Of a stretch of 64,000 nt of DNA, positions 28,562 to 38,479 are shown in pieces. Under the pieces are notes generated by a model, which ran no database searches, was not told the origin of the DNA, and saw only the letters and a list, made by a program, of their open reading frames with translations. A program made the position numbers and the translations under genes. Position 1 is the stretch's first letter. Every line of letters begins with the position of its first letter. The stretch spans positions 31,526-95,525 of the forward strand of contig JAFOHD010000088.1 of assembly GCA_017421945.1 (NCBI GenBank), written 5' to 3'. This DNA is from Alistipes sp. (GTDB lineage Bacteria > Bacteroidota > Bacteroidia > Bacteroidales > Rikenellaceae).

Positions 28562-29422
28562 TTAGTTTTCGTGTTGAGGGTTATTCTCCAACTCATTAAT
28601 CTCGCCGTAATCGACATTCTCAATGAGGATTACGTTATTGAGCTTAGTCATGTCGGCGGCTAGGCGTACTGTAACATGATACGAGGTTTGTGTATCGTTT
28701 ATGGCATAGCTCTCGACATAGCCAATCTTGATACCTTCGGGGAAAAAGTGCGACAAACCTGTAGCTACCACCTCGTCGCCAACCTCAATATCAGCATGTT
28801 TCGAGAGATCGCTCATCTCCACCTTGTAGGGGCTGTTACCTGACCAATAAATTGAGCCGAAATGCTCATCTCCGGCAATCTTGCCACTGGTGCGGAAATC
28901 AACGTTGAGCAAAGGCAGCACAACGGAATAACGCTCCGAGCAACCCACCACATAGCCAATCATCATTCCCGAAGGTGATATCACCGCCATATCCTCCATT
29001 ACGCCATGCATGAGTCCACGGTTCAGGGTTATGAAGTTACGACTGCGGCTTATGCTGTTTGATATGATGCGCGCTGTGGTGTAGCGGTATTGTGACAACG
29101 ATTCGAGCATGAGCGGGTCTATACCATTCATGGTGAGCGAATCGGTTTGTGCATCAATCTCCTTTTCGCGGTAGTAGGCTAGGGCGCTCTCCAGTTCGGC
29201 AACACGTTGTGACAGAATCTCATTCTCGCCACGCAGCGTGAAGTAGTGTTTTACGCCAAATATAGAGCTCTGAAGTCCTCCTGCGATGCTGTGGGCGCGC
29301 GAGAGAATCTTTGCTTGTGTGTAGTATGACGAGTGAGCATAATAATTGAGTGCTATCGCTTCAATGGCTATGAAGAGCAGCACTACATATATGCGGCGCA
29401 GAAATTCTATCAGCTTGTACAT
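28562..29422 (-). CDS. mreC: Rod shape-determining protein MreC
   Basis: N-terminal TM, coiled coil LRGENE.L, motifs TLNRG..HGV and GDEVVATG....FP.GI; synteny with mreB. Confidence 0.9.
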   Translation of the reverse strand: MYKLIEFLRRIYVVLLFIAIEAIALNYYAHSSYYTQAKILSRAHSIAGGLQSSIFGVKHYFTLRGENEILSQRVAELESALAYYREKEIDAQTDSLTMNGIDPLMLESLSQYRYTTARIISNSISRSRNFITLNRGLMHGVMEDMAVISPSGMMIGYVVGCSERYSVVLPLLNVDFRTSGKIAGDEHFGSIYWSGNSPYKVEMSDLSKHADIEVGDEVVATGLSHFFPEGIKIGYVESYAINDTQTSYHVTVRLAADMTKLNNVILIENVDYGEINELENNPQHEN

Positions 29423-29549
29423 TATCTAACAGTGTTGTGCAAGAGTGGTCTCAAATCGTGAAACTTCTCTAACAAAATGGGGTGTCTGTAGTTAGACACC
29501 CTCATTTTGGAACGTTATCGATCCTTGTCACGGTATGTGACACAAGGGA

Positions 29550-30569
29550 TTACTTCATTAAGAATGAGAATTTGTCAATATTCTTCATTGCGATACCCGT
29601 ACCGCGGGCGATGGCGCGCAGAGGATCTTCGGCAATGTGGAATGGCAAACCAGACTTATTTGACAAACGCTTATCCAAGCCCTTAATCAAGGCTCCACCA
29701 CCTGCCAAATATACACCCTTCTTTACGATGTCGGCATAAAGCTCTGGTGGCATGGTCTCCAACACCTTCATCAGTGCTGCATCCAGCTTAACGAGTGATT
29801 TCTCCAATGCGTAAGCAATCTCATTATATGAAAGAGTTACGGTCTGGGGCAACGATGTGAGAATATTTGGGCCTGTGATTACGAAATCCTCTGGCTCATC
29901 CTCCAACTCTGGCACCGCAGCTCCGATAGCACACTTGATAGCCTCGGCTGTACGTTCACCGATGCGGATGTTGTGCTGCTGACGAACGTAATTCTTGATA
30001 TCTTCGGTAAATACATCACCGGCAACATTGATAGACTCCGAGCAAACGATACCACCCAACGATATACAAGCAATTTCAGATGTTCCACCGCCTATATCGA
30101 TAATCATGTTACCTTCGGGGGCCTCTACGTCCAAACCTGCACCCAGTGCAGCTGCCATAGGCTCGAAAATCATATATACGTCACGACCTCCGGCATGCTC
30201 GGCAGAGTCACGTACGGCGCGAATCTCGACGTTGGTAGAACCTGAAGGGATACAGATAACCATGCGCAATGAAGGCGAGAACATGCTGCTTGTTGTGCGC
30301 ACCTTCTTAATCATGCCACGCAACATAAGCTCCGTAGCGTTGAAGTCGGCGATAACACCTGCCTTTAATGGGCGAATCGTCTTGATGTTGGGGTTGGTCT
30401 TCTCGTACATCTGACGAGCCTGCTGACCAATGGCCATTACTTTACCCGTGTGGGCATCCAATGCAACGATTGATGGCTCATCCACCACCACCTTGCCGTT
30501 GTAAATAATCAGTGTATTGGCAGTACCCAAGTCGATAGCCAATTCCTGCGTTAAAGAAAAAAATCCCAT
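29550..30569 (-). CDS. mreB: Rod shape-determining protein MreB
   Basis: Motifs IDLGTANT, IRPL..GVIADF, EPMAAA.GAG, DIGGGT and LAGGGAL. Confidence 0.97.
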   Translation of the reverse strand: MGFFSLTQELAIDLGTANTLIIYNGKVVVDEPSIVALDAHTGKVMAIGQQARQMYEKTNPNIKTIRPLKAGVIADFNATELMLRGMIKKVRTTSSMFSPSLRMVICIPSGSTNVEIRAVRDSAEHAGGRDVYMIFEPMAAALGAGLDVEAPEGNMIIDIGGGTSEIACISLGGIVCSESINVAGDVFTEDIKNYVRQQHNIRIGERTAEAIKCAIGAAVPELEDEPEDFVITGPNILTSLPQTVTLSYNEIAYALEKSLVKLDAALMKVLETMPPELYADIVKKGVYLAGGGALIKGLDKRLSNKSGLPFHIAEDPLRAIARGTGIAMKNIDKFSFLMK

Positions 30570-30757
30570 ATCTGTATTTAATTATTATTCAATCATTTAT
30601 ATGCTGCAAACAGGCTCATTGTTAGCGTTTTACGGCATAGTCATTGATGAAAAAACTCAACGACAATGCAAAGGTAGTGAAAAGATGAATAAGTTTTCCA
30701 ACTTTTTTGAGGAAATTTTTATTATTTTTGCAATCGTAAACATCCTAAGATAAAAAA

Positions 30758-31756
30758 ATGATAAATTCACAGGATAAATGTGCTATCATCGGATATGGTA
30801 GCTGGGCTACGGCCATTGTGAAGATTCTCACAGAAAACGGGATTAGTGTCAGCTGGCACATTTTGAATCCCGACGTACAGCAGTCGGTTGAAACCGAAGG
30901 TCGCAATTGCAAGTATCTGCGCGATGTAGATTTAGAAGCTTCGCTTATCAGCGTATCGGACGATATCAATGCAGTGGTCGAATGGGCTAAGGTAGTGATA
31001 CTTGCCATGCCATCGGCTTTCATCAAGAAGGTTATGGATCCATTGACAGTATCGCTATCTGATAAATTCGTTATTTCGGCAGTCAAGGGCATTGTTCCCG
31101 ATGATTATATTCCCATCACCGATTACATCATCACTCACTACTCGGTGCCTGAAAATCAGGTTGCCATCATCACGGGTCCTTCTCATGCCGAGGAGGTCGG
31201 ACTCAGTCGCTGGTCATACCTTACGGCTGTGAGCCGCAATGTGGAGGCTCGGGCTACTATGGTCGAGATGTTCTCGCGTCCCTATATCCGTGTCATGGAG
31301 TCGGACGATGTCGAGGGTGTGGAGTATGTTGCCATCATGAAGAACATATACGCCATTGCCGTGGGTATGGCAAACGGCTTGGGTTATGGTGATAACTTCA
31401 TTGCGGTGCTCATTGCCAACTGTGCAGCCGAGATGAGCCGCATGTTTGAATCCTTCGGTGGTGCATCGCACAACGCTCTGGCATCGGCTTGCTTGGGTGA
31501 CTTGCTTGTTACGTGCTACTCTACATACAGTCGTAACCGCCGTTTTGGACTCCTGATAGGTCGTGGATGCACGGTGCGCAGTGCCATGAACGAGATGACG
31601 ATGATTGCCGAGGGTTACTACGCCGCGAAGTGCATACGTCACACTTCGGCGCAGCGCAACGTTGAGATGCCTATCTCCGACATGGTCTATGATGTACTCT
31701 ATCACGGAGCTTCGGCACGCCGCCGCATGCGCGAACTTACCACAAAGTTGAAATAA
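30758..31756 (+). CDS. gpsA: NAD(P)H-dependent glycerol-3-phosphate dehydrogenase
   Basis: Motifs [42 protein letters not shown] and AEGY. Confidence 0.93.
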   Translation: MINSQDKCAIIGYGSWATAIVKILTENGISVSWHILNPDVQQSVETEGRNCKYLRDVDLEASLISVSDDINAVVEWAKVVILAMPSAFIKKVMDPLTVSLSDKFVISAVKGIVPDDYIPITDYIITHYSVPENQVAIITGPSHAEEVGLSRWSYLTAVSRNVEARATMVEMFSRPYIRVMESDDVEGVEYVAIMKNIYAIAVGMANGLGYGDNFIAVLIANCAAEMSRMFESFGGASHNALASACLGDLLVTCYSTYSRNRRFGLLIGRGCTVRSAMNEMTMIAEGYYAAKCIRHTSAQRNVEMPISDMVYDVLYHGASARRRMRELTTKLK

Positions 31757-31784
31757 TCTTTTAATGTTAAAAATAATAAAAACG

Positions 31785-33116
31785 ATGAGTTTAATGAAAT
31801 TGGATATTGCCAAGTCGGGCGTTGTAATCTCTGAGCAGATGAAGGCTGCGGCACAGAAGGCTAACGAGTTGCTGCACTCTGGTGAGGGCGCAGGTAATGA
31901 TTTTCTGGGTTGGGTAAATCTCCCATCATCTATCGACGCTGAACAGATTGCAGCTATCGAGGCGCAGGCTGCCAAGTTGCGTGCAAAGGCAGATGTGGTT
32001 ATTTGCATCGGAATCGGTGGTTCTTACCTCGGCGCGAAGGCCGTTATCGAGGCTATGAGCAACTCATTTGAGTTCCTCAACAAGAAGCATGCAAACCCAA
32101 CAGTGGTTTTTGCTGGTCAGAATATCTCTGAGGATTACACCTACGAGCTTTTGGAGGCTACAAAGGAGTACTCTGTGGCTGCTATCGTAATCTCAAAGTC
32201 GGGTACCACAACTGAGCCAGCCATCGCTTTCCGCCTTATCAAGGCCGAGCTTGAGAAGCGTTATGGCAAGGCTGAGGCTTCAGAGCGTATCGTAGCTATC
32301 ACCGATGCTGCACGTGGCGCGCTCAAGACCCTCGCAACACAGGAGGGCTATCCTACATTTGTAATTCCTGACAATGTGGGTGGTCGTTTTTCAGTCCTCA
32401 CTCCCGTAGGTTTGTTGCCATTGGCAGTTGCCGGCATCGACATCAAGGCTTTGGTGGCAGGTGCGCAGGCTATGGAGAAGGCTACTGCGGCTGATGTAGC
32501 TGTTGAGGATAACCTCGCAGCGCAGTACGCTATCGTTCGTAACGAGCTCTACAAGGCGGGCAAGAAGGTTGAGATTTTGGGCTCTTATGAGCCAAAGTTG
32601 CAGTATGTTGCCGAGTGGTGGAAGCAGCTCTACGGCGAGTCAGAGGGTAAGGACGGTCTTGGTATCTTCCCTGCAAGCGTGACTCTCACTGCCGACCTTC
32701 ACTCTATGGGTCAGTACATTCAGGAGGGTGAGCGCACATTGTTTGAGACCATCATCTCGGTTGAGAATGCAAAGCACATGGTTAAGGTTGAGGCTGAGGA
32801 GGCTAACCTCGATGGCTTGAACTTCCTCGCCGGCAAGCGTATCTCGGAGATTAACAAGATGGCGGAGCTTGGTGTTCGCCTGGCGCACATCGACGGTGGT
32901 GTTCCACAACTCTGCATCGAGATTCCTGCAATTGACGAGACCTCTATCGGCGCTCTTATCTACTTCTTCGAGAAGGCGTGTGGTATCAGCGGTTACATCC
33001 TCGGTGTAAACCCATTCAACCAGCCAGGTGTTGAGGCTTACAAGAAGAACATGTTTGCTCTTCTCGACAAACCAGGTTATGAGGAGGAGTCGAAGGCTAT
33101 CAAGGCTCGCCTGTAA
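31785..33116 (+). CDS. pgi: Glucose-6-phosphate isomerase
   Basis: Motifs [38 protein letters not shown] and [12 protein letters not shown]. Confidence 0.96.
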   Translation: MSLMKLDIAKSGVVISEQMKAAAQKANELLHSGEGAGNDFLGWVNLPSSIDAEQIAAIEAQAAKLRAKADVVICIGIGGSYLGAKAVIEAMSNSFEFLNKKHANPTVVFAGQNISEDYTYELLEATKEYSVAAIVISKSGTTTEPAIAFRLIKAELEKRYGKAEASERIVAITDAARGALKTLATQEGYPTFVIPDNVGGRFSVLTPVGLLPLAVAGIDIKALVAGAQAMEKATAADVAVEDNLAAQYAIVRNELYKAGKKVEILGSYEPKLQYVAEWWKQLYGESEGKDGLGIFPASVTLTADLHSMGQYIQEGERTLFETIISVENAKHMVKVEAEEANLDGLNFLAGKRISEINKMAELGVRLAHIDGGVPQLCIEIPAIDETSIGALIYFFEKACGISGYILGVNPFNQPGVEAYKKNMFALLDKPGYEEESKAIKARL

Positions 33117-33124
33117 GAAAAAGA

Positions 33125-33232
33125 AAATAACGAGGTTATTTCTGCGTTACGCTTGCCCTTGAAATCCTCATTTACACCGAGTAAACTGCGGTTTCTCGGG
33201 CTACGCAGGCCTTGAAATACCTCTCGTTATTT
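33125..33232 (+). repeat. ~110 bp palindromic intergenic element, copy 2
   Basis: Outer stem aaataacgagg/cctctcgttattt, inner pairs gccc/gggc and tttac/gtaaa. Shares cttgaaatcctca...ctgcggtttctcg with copy 1. Confidence 0.8.
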
Positions 33233-33284
33233 CCTTTTGGGGGTGGCGGGTAGTATTAATCTCAATGACTACTCACTTTTTAAG

Positions 33285-33326
33285 ATAACAAAACCGTTTG
33301 GCCAATGGGTCAAACGGTTTTGTTAT
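33285..33326. terminator. Bidirectional terminator between pgi and the WG-repeat gene
   Basis: Inverted repeat ataacaaaaccgtttg/caaacggttttgttat. Confidence 0.75.
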
Positions 33327-33356
33327 TATGGTTGAGTAATAATTATCTCAAATTGG

Positions 33357-34721
33357 TTAGTTAAAATAACGTTCTCCTTTCTCAATGTCAGATCTAGGTT
33401 TCTCAAATACAAAGATATCAGTGATTGGAGTTCCGTAGTGGTAATATGCGCTGAGTGACTTTGTTAAAGTGGAGTGCATCTCTCTAAAGCCGCCTCTCTC
33501 CACTTGTTTCAAGGTTATTGATGCTCCACTTCCATAATCATATTCCCCCACAGGGTTCTGCAATAGTCCTAACTCCTTATCAACGATTGTAAGTTCGCAA
33601 GTAACAATGCCAAACTGCTTTCGTGCAGGATTAAAGTTCACACACAGCATATTGCCATTCTTCAAAACTGGAGGAATTGTGTAGTAGTATGTTGAAATAT
33701 AGTCATAATACTCCTCAGCTTTATAAACCTTAAAGTATTCGACATCCTGTCCTATTACGCAATAATGGTCTCTACCCATGAAGATGGCTCTAGGGTCTGG
33801 AGTCCCTGATTTCCCGCTTATATCTAAGATGACGTTATCAAGGTCTGCAATCAAAGAGTCGTCGTTAGCTTTGCGTCTGAAGTATAAATATTTTCCGTTA
33901 TCACCTTTTTGTATAGTGCGAGTAAGATATTGATCACCATCAGGCTTAATCAAACCTACGTAAGAGTCTAGAAACTCCTCGCCATTCTTGTCTATAAGGT
34001 TGTAACACATTTTGCTATCACTATCCTCGTATTTACTAATGATAGCCTTGTCATTACGGTCAAACATGAACGGATACTCAAATTTACAAGGAATAACAAG
34101 GTTGCCCTCGTAGTCAAGAGCTCCATACATATCAAGTTCTCGGTCCATTACACACAAACGACCTCTGTTGTGGTAAAATCCAGCAAGCTCGTACTTTGAA
34201 TCGCTTACTACAATCTCGCCCTGCTTGTTAATCAAAGCCCAATCGTTACTATAGCCGCCCTTTTGCACTAAAGCAAGGCCCTCATGGAACACAGTAAGCG
34301 GCTCCCAATCGCCGAGTTGGCACAATTCATTGCCACTCTTGTCAATGATATAGTAATATCCACCTTTTGTACAGAATGCTACACCTTCCGAGAATCCACT
34401 TACAGGGGAATATTCTGTATCTGTCAAATCTAAAACGGTTTCCCCTTTTTCATTGATATAGTGCATCTTGACTTGGTTACCACTCCTTACAAGCGCAACT
34501 CCATCAGAGAAGAAATCTGCAAATGAGAACTTGCTGGTAATAGGTTTTTCTCCAGTGATCTGATTTACATATTCGTAGTATGTCTTTTCGTACGATTCCT
34601 CCTTGAGTATTTCAAAAGGCAGCAGCCCATCGTAACATCTCTCTTCCGGTGATAAAGAACCTCCTGAAGAGCATGAGTACAATAAGAAGAGTGTACATGC
34701 AGATATGATAAAGCGTTTCAT
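33357..34721 (-). CDS. WG-repeat (KWG-like) lipoprotein
   Basis: Lipobox LLYSC, repeats F.EG.A.V.....Y..I.K.G (FSDGVALV, FSEGVAF, FHEGLALV, YGALDYEG); AT-rich codon usage. Confidence 0.7.
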   Translation of the reverse strand: MKRFIISACTLFLLYSCSSGGSLSPEERCYDGLLPFEILKEESYEKTYYEYVNQITGEKPITSKFSFADFFSDGVALVRSGNQVKMHYINEKGETVLDLTDTEYSPVSGFSEGVAFCTKGGYYYIIDKSGNELCQLGDWEPLTVFHEGLALVQKGGYSNDWALINKQGEIVVSDSKYELAGFYHNRGRLCVMDRELDMYGALDYEGNLVIPCKFEYPFMFDRNDKAIISKYEDSDSKMCYNLIDKNGEEFLDSYVGLIKPDGDQYLTRTIQKGDNGKYLYFRRKANDDSLIADLDNVILDISGKSGTPDPRAIFMGRDHYCVIGQDVEYFKVYKAEEYYDYISTYYYTIPPVLKNGNMLCVNFNPARKQFGIVTCELTIVDKELGLLQNPVGEYDYGSGASITLKQVERGGFREMHSTLTKSLSAYYHYGTPITDIFVFEKPRSDIEKGERYFN

Positions 34722-34757
34722 GGTTTAGTAATTGATTAATGTGAAAAATGTAAATTT

Positions 34758-35399
34758 TTACTTCTTGTAGAAAGTATCTCCTCCATCATCGGTATCATAA
34801 CTTGTACCCCCTTGACCAGTGTAGTAACTCTCTCCGAGTATGCCTTTTTCTTCCGTAACCACATCTCCATTATCCAACTTCCATCTTCTGCGTTTTGAGC
34901 CACCGCTAGGACCACCTAGTATCATAGTAAATACGACCCATAAAACGGCTAAAGCAATGAGAATATAGAATGCAATAATGCCAAGTAGAATAGTGACTCC
35001 TATTACAAATGATATCGGCAAAATAATTATGCAACCACCAAACAAAAATCCGAGAGTAATCTGTATGACGTACCACCACTTTCTACCTTGAATCAAAGGG
35101 AGACGTTTTCTTACATAGAATGTCACAAATAGAATAAGTGGAAGTAAATACGATATGATGGCTATAAGTACACCCACAGGTTGAGAAAATCTTGTATCTG
35201 TAGCTGCAAATATCCCCATTATAATTGCTAATAATAAACTTGGTGCTACAACATTTACCGCTAAATAGATTAAAGAGTTTTTTGCCAATTTTGAGGTGTA
35301 CCCATCATCGAACTTTCGCATAAAATTCTCTTCACACGCATTGATTTTGGCATAGATTTTCTTTGTTAGTTGCCAAAAGAAGTTGAAAAATTTCTTCAT
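34758..35399 (-). CDS. Hypothetical membrane protein (about 4 TMs, Gly/acidic C-terminal tail)
   Basis: 213-aa ORF with hydrophobic segments and AT-rich composition, co-oriented with the WG-repeat gene. Confidence 0.65.
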   Translation of the reverse strand: MKKFFNFFWQLTKKIYAKINACEENFMRKFDDGYTSKLAKNSLIYLAVNVVAPSLLLAIIMGIFAATDTRFSQPVGVLIAIISYLLPLILFVTFYVRKRLPLIQGRKWWYVIQITLGFLFGGCIIILPISFVIGVTILLGIIAFYILIALAVLWVVFTMILGGPSGGSKRRRWKLDNGDVVTEEKGILGESYYTGQGGTSYDTDDGGDTFYKK

Positions 35400-35697
35400 A
35401 ATAATAAGGTTTAGGTTGTCGTTTGCTCCTTACACGACTAATAATAACAGAAAGTGTGGAGCCGATTTCATTTATTCGTTAGAGGCTCTGACAAAACCTT
35501 GACCAAAATAAACGAAGCAATACCCCACACCTGAATAGATATGGGGATGGATGCAAATAATGCACCGACCATAATCTAAACAAGAAATGAGTGTTGTTCG
35601 CTGTCCTTTGGTCTTGGAAAACTGTCAGATTTTCTAACGAGGACTATGAAAACACTTTCAAAAAATATGTCTGCTCAACAAAAAACGATCAAGCAGT
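35400..35697 (-). ncRNA. Candidate structured 5' leader/ncRNA: two hairpins with mutually complementary loops
   Basis: Hairpins at 35590-35656 and 35454-35530 whose loops are complementary in blocks. G-U pairs favour the minus strand. Lies downstream of a TATATTTG box. Confidence 0.55.
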
Positions 35698-35698
35698 A

Positions 35699-35706
35699 CA
35701 AATATA
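35699..35706 (-). promoter_or_regulatory. Bacteroidetes -7 promoter box TATATTTG
   Basis: Consensus TAnnTTTG just downstream of the terminator of the preceding gene. Confidence 0.6.
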
Positions 35707-35757
35707 AGAAAAATATCTTCAAAAAGAACAACACTCTATGAGAAATTACATCAAAAG

Positions 35758-35786
35758 AAAACCCCAAGCGGTAAATGCTTGGGGTT
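35758..35786 (-). terminator. Intrinsic terminator after GtaA-like copy 1
   Basis: Stem aaccccaagc/gcttggggtt, with a U-tract on the minus strand. Confidence 0.8.
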
Positions 35787-35806
35787 GGGTATAATGAGTA
35801 TTTTTA

Positions 35807-38278
35807 TTATTTGCCATCGCGGTCGGCGAGCATCTTAATCCAGTAACCACCAACCACTGAACGTGCCTTGAATCCAACGTGAGACTTGTTGTCGGTGTTG
35901 ATCCAGTCGCTCATAGGTACGCGGCTTGTTGATTCGTTGTAGAACTTGTGCAGAGGCTTGATGAACTCCTCGAATGTAGCCTTGTCGGGCGACATTGTAG
36001 CTGTCCATACAATCCAGTCTGACTTGGTGTAACCACGACGACAGTCAAGAGGCAAACCATATTCGTTCTGCTTGGTGAGGTAGTAAGCAACCTCGTCAAG
36101 AGCGATAGATGGGTCGAATACGTCGTAGCCGAGCATCTTGTCCCATACAAGGTTGTACTTCTGGCTCCATGTGTCACGGCCTGTGTCGAAAGTCAGGCGG
36201 TAGTGGTCACCCTCCTGAGCCATCTCCTTCCACTTTGCAGCCATATCCTTGGCGATAGCACCATACTTCTGGGCGATATCCTTCTTGCCCGCCATGTCGG
36301 CCATGTCAGCATATGCAGCAACACCCACGATAGCCTTGACAGCGAGGTTGGCGTTGCGTGCCCAGTGACCTGCGAAGTCATCAGTACAGAGCTGGTTAGC
36401 AGGGTCGCCACCATTCTCCACGAGGTAGTCAGTCCATGTTGTCAGGGCGTCCCAATGCTTCAGGGCGTAGTCGGCATTGCCCTCTGCCTGGCATATAGCA
36501 CCAGTGAGGATGAGCATGTTACCACACTCCTCAACAGGCATGTCGCCACCATAAGTCTGGCCATTTGCCTGTGGGTAAGTACCTACGTCGTGAGCAGCGA
36601 AAGGCTTTGTCCACTTGCCGCTCTCGGTGTAGTAGAATATGAAGTTCAAAAGACCCTTTGCAAGCTCTGGGTTATAGTAAAGGAACATAGGAGCTGATGG
36701 ATAAGTTACATCCACAGTACCGATAGAACCGTTTGAGTTGTTCTCCTTTGAGAGCCATGCCAAATCACCGTTAGGAGTCTCGATGAGCTTGTGGGCTGTG
36801 ATAGCCTGACGATATGCCAATGCGCAAAGCTCGGCATACTCCTTGCCACCTGACTTCGCAGCGTCGGCCATGAGCTTAGCATCGAACTTCTCGCAACGCT
36901 TCATCAGCTTCTCATAGTCGGCTGCCGCCAATGCGAACTGCTGCTGGATAGAGCTGTCGCCCTTGCGGTTCCAGTAAGGACGGATGTTCTCGTTGAAGTA
37001 CTGTATAGAGTACAGGTCATCGTAACCAACCATGATGTAGTTGCTAACCTCTGCGGCACCTACCTTGCCGAGCTTCTTTGAGAGGGCCATCTGTGTACCC
37101 TCACCCTTTGATTCTACCTCGCCATTCTCGGCAAAAGCCTTGCGCAAGCCAACAGGGCAACCCACAGCGTTTGCAGTCTGCTTGTCAGCCGCCATGTAGA
37201 AGTAACCCCAGTCGATGCGGATGTCGTCGCCACGGTGAGCCAATACGCGCTGTGACTCGGTGCCTGACTTAACATAGTTGAACTGCTCGTCAGCCTCAAC
37301 AGTGCTGATGCTCTTCTGTGTAGGCATGTTGCGAGCCCAATCAGCCGAAGCCTCGAAGTAAATCTCAACATCGTGCTCTGCGCCGTCGTTTGATTTAACA
37401 GCGTAAGTAACGTAGTTTACAGGGCGAGATACCAGCTCCAAATCCTCCATAAAGAGTGGAGCAGCGAAGGTAAGAGTCAAATCCACTCCACCGCAGGTGA
37501 AGTCGTAGATGGTGCGTGTAGCCTGCACATCAGCCGATGTTTGCACGGCTGTCTGAGACATGATAATCTCATCGATAGACTGCTTGTAAAGACCGAAATC
37601 GACCAATGCCAGACCTGGGCCATTGTAGCAGTGAGCAGCAAATGTGAGCTTGCCGTCGCTGTCCTTGAGCAACTCCTCGGGTACGGCAGCCAGCACGTTC
37701 TCGCGTGCAGCGTTGCCTGTATCAACAATCTTGGTGCCATTGAGGTAGAGCTCGAAGTTGTCGTCGTGAGAGTACATCACGAAGAGCTTGCTGTTCTTCA
37801 AATCCTCGGGGTTGATTTCAACCTCGCGGCGCACCCAGATGTTCTTTGTGTCCCACACGGTCTTGATGTTTGTCGAGTTCAGACCAAAAGCGGCCTCACC
37901 CTTCTTCCATGACTTGTCGTTGAAGCCGGGCTTTGTCCATGCGTCACCACGTGGAGCATCGAATGTGTATGTTCCCCACCATGGAGCCTCAACCGACATA
38001 GGTGCAAGAGCCGAGATTGTAGGCTCCTCCTGACCCATGAAACGGTAGAGCTGACCATCTACACGAAGAGTACCAACGAATGGGAACTTCTTCTCGGTCC
38101 AGTGCATAACCTGGGCATCGTAGAGGTTGTTTGAAGGTGACCACGCTGATGTGTAGGGGTCGATAGTGATGAGTGGGTACGCAGGAGCGCGCATCTCATT
38201 CTTCACTGGAGCTGGTGAGCTGCAGCTGACAGCCAAAGCCGCCACGGCTGCAACAGCCATAAGTAGTTTTTTCATCAT
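35807..38278 (-). CDS. GtaA ('glutaminase A')-like six-hairpin lipoprotein (DUF4964/DUF5127/DUF4965-type), copy 1
   Basis: Lipobox LAVSC, and motifs RAPAYPLITIDPY, SKEN.SNG.I.TVDV.YP, HDVGTYP, MPVEECGN, QLCTDDFAG, WSQKYNLVWD, KSDW and ARSVVGG. Confidence 0.85.
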   Translation of the reverse strand: MMKKLLMAVAAVAALAVSCSSPAPVKNEMRAPAYPLITIDPYTSAWSPSNNLYDAQVMHWTEKKFPFVGTLRVDGQLYRFMGQEEPTISALAPMSVEAPWWGTYTFDAPRGDAWTKPGFNDKSWKKGEAAFGLNSTNIKTVWDTKNIWVRREVEINPEDLKNSKLFVMYSHDDNFELYLNGTKIVDTGNAARENVLAAVPEELLKDSDGKLTFAAHCYNGPGLALVDFGLYKQSIDEIIMSQTAVQTSADVQATRTIYDFTCGGVDLTLTFAAPLFMEDLELVSRPVNYVTYAVKSNDGAEHDVEIYFEASADWARNMPTQKSISTVEADEQFNYVKSGTESQRVLAHRGDDIRIDWGYFYMAADKQTANAVGCPVGLRKAFAENGEVESKGEGTQMALSKKLGKVGAAEVSNYIMVGYDDLYSIQYFNENIRPYWNRKGDSSIQQQFALAAADYEKLMKRCEKFDAKLMADAAKSGGKEYAELCALAYRQAITAHKLIETPNGDLAWLSKENNSNGSIGTVDVTYPSAPMFLYYNPELAKGLLNFIFYYTESGKWTKPFAAHDVGTYPQANGQTYGGDMPVEECGNMLILTGAICQAEGNADYALKHWDALTTWTDYLVENGGDPANQLCTDDFAGHWARNANLAVKAIVGVAAYADMADMAGKKDIAQKYGAIAKDMAAKWKEMAQEGDHYRLTFDTGRDTWSQKYNLVWDKMLGYDVFDPSIALDEVAYYLTKQNEYGLPLDCRRGYTKSDWIVWTATMSPDKATFEEFIKPLHKFYNESTSRVPMSDWINTDNKSHVGFKARSVVGGYWIKMLADRDGK

Positions 38279-38420
38279 AATTTAATGTATTTAAGTGTTT
38301 GGTTATTCAGTTTAAGCAAAGATAGAAAAATATGTGGAATTATGCGAATGAAAAGGAATAATTATACAAAATTATCATAAGTTTTCTCATCAGTCGTTTC
38401 CTTTGCTACAAACCACAAAC

Positions 38421-38457
38421 AAAAAGGGTTGTCGCAACCCGAAAGTTGGACAACCCC
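38421..38457 (-). terminator. Intrinsic terminator after GtaA-like copy 2
   Basis: Stem gggttgtc/gacaaccc with an adjacent A-run (U-tract on the minus strand). Confidence 0.7.
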
Positions 38458-38479
38458 ATATTATATTAGGTATAACCTG

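Noticed and set aside
35454-35656. The two-loop leader as an IS110 bridge RNA or a known riboswitch
   Set aside because: No recombinase is present, the loops pair with each other rather than with visible target or donor DNA, and I recognise no TPP, cobalamin, SAM-II or other riboswitch consensus.
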